A stretch of 64,000 nt of DNA, taken from positions 244,770 to 308,769 of the forward strand of contig PBFD01000002.1 in the NCBI GenBank assembly GCA_002718595.1, written 5' to 3'. The notes below the pieces were generated by a model. It searched no databases, was not told the DNA's origin, and saw nothing but the letters and a program-made list of their open reading frames with translations. How positions within the stretch are numbered: the first letter of the stretch is position 1; every line of letters starts with the position of its first letter. Positions 61,501 through 64,000 of this stretch are shown piece by piece. A program made the translations under genes and the position numbers. The stretch is from Gemmatimonadota bacterium. Its GTDB lineage: Bacteria > Gemmatimonadota > Gemmatimonadetes > Longimicrobiales > Gaopeijiaceae.

Positions 61501-61732
61501 ATTACTAATAACAGATAGGATAGGTGTAGGATTGTCTGGAAGCGAACCTATTGTGCATGCGGCTCAGGAACACAGTGACTTTATTTGCAGTGAAACATTG
61601 ACTATAGATTGGAAAATCCTTTCCGAGTCTGACTGCGATGGTAAATATGAGAATGTCAAATCTGTAGAGATAGATGATTTTCGAGTGAAAATAGGTTTAA
61701 AAAAGATAGATTTAAACGATAGTCCTTATTGA
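58559..61732 (+). CDS. ileS: Isoleucyl-tRNA synthetase (long, type-2-like form)
   Basis: HIGH-region PTANGRPGLHH, a CP1 editing domain, KMSKS (GQKMSKSRGN), about 1057 aa. The C-terminal extension lacks the type-1 zinc-finger cysteines. Confidence 0.95.
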   Translation: MRYPGVPETIVGLEEETLSHWTKEDLFRKTLQSNTDSDNFVFYEGPPTANGRPGLHHIISRTIKDLVCRFRTMEGFRITRIAGWDTHGLPVEIEAEKKLSISGKPEIENFGIEKFNKVCRDSVFTYKDEWEKLSERIGYWLDYDEPYVTFHNDYVESVWWILSQLAEKNFLYKGHKSVPYCPRCGTGLSSHEVAQGYRDVEDPSLYFLCPWVTERGDLDPEGRNFLVWTTTPWTIPSNAGLAVHPDLEYVQVQKDGKTLVIAEKRLGEVLGENCEIERRYKGSDLSQVKYARPLEILDIGEDYSKGWFVINEEFVSSEDGTGIVHLAPAFGADDYAIGQRYGLPLLKPVDETGCFTDDLELIGGLFVKEADNILIEALSQNGKLFRHSKEVHSYPHCWRCESPLIYMARESWFAKTSDLRNEMLLGNDGVNWVPSEIGRGRMGEWLKGNVDWALSRERYWGTPLPLWVCDKESEHHHWIGSFEELETRVGKLGPNFDPHRPYIDELTWKCDCCEGTMTRSPEVIDAWFDSGAMPYAQWNYPFKNQETFRDHFPADFICEGLDQTRGWFYSLMAIATMLGEEVPFKNVIVNGLILDAEGQKMSKSRGNAVDPWEAISSHGVDAIRWYLITTSNPWVPKRYDDAAVQEGSRRFLDTLLNTYKFFALYANAENWDPSGGSQHQSSDKNLLDTWVTSRLNSVIEEVRDELNSYQLTKAYRRLGEFVSEDLSNWYVRRSRPRFWGSLDESDTEQAFQTLWDCLRKVCLLAAPVTPFLSDWIFRGLTERSVHLEEFPKPAEEDYDESLESEMEVARVLVSMGRSLREEVRIKVRQPLNKIIAVVPSDTIPRQELLRLVEDELNVKRIDFPDSKEDLFYFSAKPNYKILGPKFGGNTEKVANTIRELPSDDISSYQAGGPLFVEVDGEQVELELEDFDVREEAYGDLVLRSESDYLVAIDPTIDEKLKAEGWARELINRIQRFRKDSGLLITDRIGVGLSGSEPIVHAAQEHSDFICSETLTIDWKILSESDCDGKYENVKSVEIDDFRVKIGLKKIDLNDSPY

Positions 61733-61763
61733 GAAGTTCTGCTTTTCTTTTGGAGATTTAGTT

Positions 61764-62726
61764 TTGGAGAACCAAGGTACGAAGGTCTATACTGTCTCAG
61801 AAGGTGGTGAGAGAGTAGATGGTTATCTGGCTAGAGAGTCTTCCTTTTCTAGATCTCGTGTACAAGCTCTCATAAGAGAGGGTAGGGTTCTAGTTGATGG
61901 GAAAGCTGCCAGAAAATCAGATAGGCTTAGGACCGGCCAAGAAGTGGAGGTTAGGGTGCCACCAATTACCCATATTGATCTCCTTCCAGAAGCCATCCCA
62001 ATCGAAATAATTTATCAGGATAGTTTTTTGGCAGTGGTCAATAAACCAGCTGGCTTAGTGGTGCATCCAGGGCCAGGTCATAGGGATGGAACCCTTGTGA
62101 ACGCAATGTTACATCATATTGAAGATTTATCTGGGATCGGAGGGAAGCTTCGTCCTGGTATAGTCCACAGGTTGGATCGCTACACATCTGGACTAATGGT
62201 AGTAGCTAAAACGGATAAGGCACACAACATTTTGTCAAAGGCCTTGGAAAGACGTGAAGTCAAGCGATTGTATATGGCTGCTGTTTGGGGCCACTTGAAA
62301 GAATCGCCTCTTGAAATTGAACGACCTATAGGAAGAGACCCTAGGGATCGACAGAGAATGGCTGTGGTTAGTACAGGTCGTTATGCAGTTACTCGATTTA
62401 GGGTTGTGGAGCGTTGGGTAGGTGCCGAATTGCTCGAGGTTGCTTTGGGTACTGGACGTACTCATCAGATACGGGTTCATTTGGCTGATATCGGGCACCC
62501 CGTCATAGGAGATGAAGTTTATGGTGCTGGTTGGCAGAGAGGCATGAGTGGAGATAAAGTCAGTAAGTGGGCTCGAGAAATGCAAGCACGGATTAAAAGA
62601 CAATTCCTACATGCTTGGAGACTCTCGTTCTGTCATCCTGACACTGGAAAGTTGATGAGGTTCGAGTCAACCCTTCCAGATGATTTGAGGGAGTGTGCTC
62701 AGTGGGCGACTGAGGATACCCTCTAG
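61764..62726 (+). CDS. rluD: 23S rRNA pseudouridine synthase, RluA/RluD family
   Basis: N-terminal S4 domain and the catalytic HRLDRYTSGL motif, plus GRTHQIRVH. TTG start. Confidence 0.85.
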   Translation: MENQGTKVYTVSEGGERVDGYLARESSFSRSRVQALIREGRVLVDGKAARKSDRLRTGQEVEVRVPPITHIDLLPEAIPIEIIYQDSFLAVVNKPAGLVVHPGPGHRDGTLVNAMLHHIEDLSGIGGKLRPGIVHRLDRYTSGLMVVAKTDKAHNILSKALERREVKRLYMAAVWGHLKESPLEIERPIGRDPRDRQRMAVVSTGRYAVTRFRVVERWVGAELLEVALGTGRTHQIRVHLADIGHPVIGDEVYGAGWQRGMSGDKVSKWAREMQARIKRQFLHAWRLSFCHPDTGKLMRFESTLPDDLRECAQWATEDTL

Positions 62727-62746
62727 CAGTCGACATGGGCGAGAAT

Positions 62747-62759
62747 GATCTTTAAGATC
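62747..62759 (+). repeat. 13-bp palindrome GATCTT-T-AAGATC
   Basis: Read directly in the rluD/response-regulator gap, 65 nt upstream of the GTG at 62824. Confidence 0.9.
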
Positions 62760-62823
62760 GGTAGGATAAATGTTCTGAAGGAACCCACATGAGAAAACTA
62801 TTAATTGATTCCAGGAGAACTGT

Positions 62824-64000
62824 GTGTCGCGCATTTTGCTAGTGGACGACGAATCGGATATAAGGTCGGTATTTCGAGATAAGTTGGAAGTTTCGGGATT
62901 TGAAGTAGAAGAAGCTGAAAGTGCGGAAGGGGCCTTAGCTAAGTTGCATAATTTCAAACCAGATCTGGTGATCACAGACATTCGTATGGATGGAATTACT
63001 GGATTAGAACTTCTGGCAAGGATCCGCGAGTCTATGAATGAGGTGGATGTGATAGTCATGACCGGGCATGATGCCATGGCTTCTGCTGTGGAGGCCATGA
63101 AGTTAGGAGCGTTTGATTATTTAGTAAAACCTGTTGGTCTGGAAGAGATGCAACTTGTCGTGGATCGGTGTTTGGAAGAGCGCAGAATTTCTCGAGAGCA
63201 ACGAGGCAAAAAGAAGAAGGAACAGGCTTCTGAAAGGAACAAACGAACTATCGTAGGTCGAGATCCTAGGATGATAGAGATCTTTAAGATGGTAGGAATC
63301 TTAGCCCGCAATCGTGCCACTGTTCTGATCAGGGGAGAAACAGGTACTGGCAAGGAAATGGTGGCTCGTGCAGTTCATGATCACTCTTTGCACGCTGAGG
63401 AACCGTTTATTGCAGTGAATTGTACTGCTTTGGCAGATACTCTTTTGGAGTCGGAACTATTCGGACATGTTAGAGGAGCCTTTACGGGAGCAGTTGCTGG
63501 GAAAAAAGGTTATTTTGAGCTGGCAGGAAAAGGAACGATTTTCTTAGATGAGATTGGCGATACTTCTCCCGAGTTTCAAAGTAAGCTCCTTAGGGTTTTA
63601 CAGGAAAGGCAATTCTATCCAGTAGGAGGAGAACAGCCCAAAACCACTGGCGCGCGGGTAGTTGCAGCTACTCATCAACATATGGAAGACCTAGTAATGG
63701 AAGGTGGCTTTCGTGAAGATTTGTACTTTCGCCTGAGGGTCGTTGAGATTCAGGTACCTAGTTTACGGGAACGCGAAGGTGATATACCACTGCTTGCCGA
63801 GCATTTGCTTGCTAGAGTTCGTTCGGAAATCGGAAGTTCTGTGGACAAAATCTCTGAAGAGGCCATGGCATGTCTGGAAGAATATGAATGGCCTGGCAAT
63901 GTCAGAGAATTAGAGAATGTGTTAACTAGAGCTGCCATGGTAGCTCGAAATCAGATTGTGGTTCCTGAACATCTGACTTTGGGAGCTTGGAAAAAGAACT
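62824..64000 (+). CDS. Sigma-54-dependent response regulator (NtrC family), 3' end cut by window edge
   Basis: Translated by hand (not in the ORF track because no stop is reached):
- A REC domain (ILLVDDESDIR...DLVITDIRMDGITGLELL).
- An AAA+ domain with Walker A GETGTGKE.
- The sigma54-contact motif GAFTGA.
- Walker B GTIFLDEIG.
- WPGNVRELEN.
AGGAG lies 6 nt upstream of the GTG. Confidence 0.85.
   Translation, partial: MSRILLVDDESDIRSVFRDKLEVSGFEVEEAESAEGALAKLHNFKPDLVITDIRMDGITGLELLARIRESMNEVDVIVMTGHDAMASAVEAMKLGAFDYLVKPVGLEEMQLVVDRCLEERRISREQRGKKKKEQASERNKRTIVGRDPRMIEIFKMVGILARNRATVLIRGETGTGKEMVARAVHDHSLHAEEPFIAVNCTALADTLLESELFGHVRGAFTGAVAGKKGYFELAGKGTIFLDEIGDTSPEFQSKLLRVLQERQFYPVGGEQPKTTGARVVAATHQHMEDLVMEGGFREDLYFRLRVVEIQVPSLREREGDIPLLAEHLLARVRSEIGSSVDKISEEAMACLEEYEWPGNVRELENVLTRAAMVARNQIVVPEHLTLGAWKKN

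Overview
This 64 kb window reads as a compact, core-genome stretch of a diderm (outer-membrane-bearing) bacterial chromosome. It looks moderately AT-rich by eye, has very short intergenic gaps, and many gene junctions overlap by 1-17 nt. Strand bias is extreme: every gene I call except one PpiD-like chaperone gene is on the + strand. I call about 62 protein genes, one of them split by a frameshift. I also call one tRNA (anticodon CAT), one strong intrinsic terminator, one textbook Rex operator and a few short repeats or homopolymers. The content is housekeeping:
- Envelope and lipoprotein biogenesis: LptD-like, TatA, PpiD-like, LolA-like, Lnt, ExbB-ExbD-ExbD-TonB.
- Translation: efp, rpmE, prfA-prmC, prmA, rimO, rsmA, rsmD, rluD, tilS, ileS, obg.
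- Replication and repair: ftsK, dnaG, recJ.
- Lipid synthesis: accBC, plsC, and a CDP-alcohol transferase next to inositol-phosphate synthase.
- Cofactors: hemL, hemW, coaD, thiL, nnr, yggS.
- Central metabolism: eno, glyA, and rex-thiolase-hbd.
- Proteostasis: dnaJ, ftsH, ctp.
- c-di-AMP synthesis: cdaA.
I see no rRNA, CRISPR array, transposase or integrase, prophage, or recognisable defence or toxin-antitoxin module. I do not find convincing evidence of a novel multi-gene system here. The items most worth follow-up are:
1. A DUF4105/Lnb-like membrane protein translationally coupled to a canonical Lnt.
2. A two-gene inositol-lipid module.
3. A perfect Rex box overlapping the rex promoter, upstream of thiolase-hbd.
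4. A glycerophosphodiesterase gene split exactly at an A AAA AAA slippery run.
5. A 50-nt perfectly identical patch shared by two otherwise diverged tandem exbD paralogs.
6. A CAT-anticodon tRNA about 1 kb upstream of tilS.
7. A G9 tract acting as the only SD-like sequence for a small zinc-ribbon ORF.
All family assignments come from motif recognition by eye, not database searches. Several start codons are uncertain.
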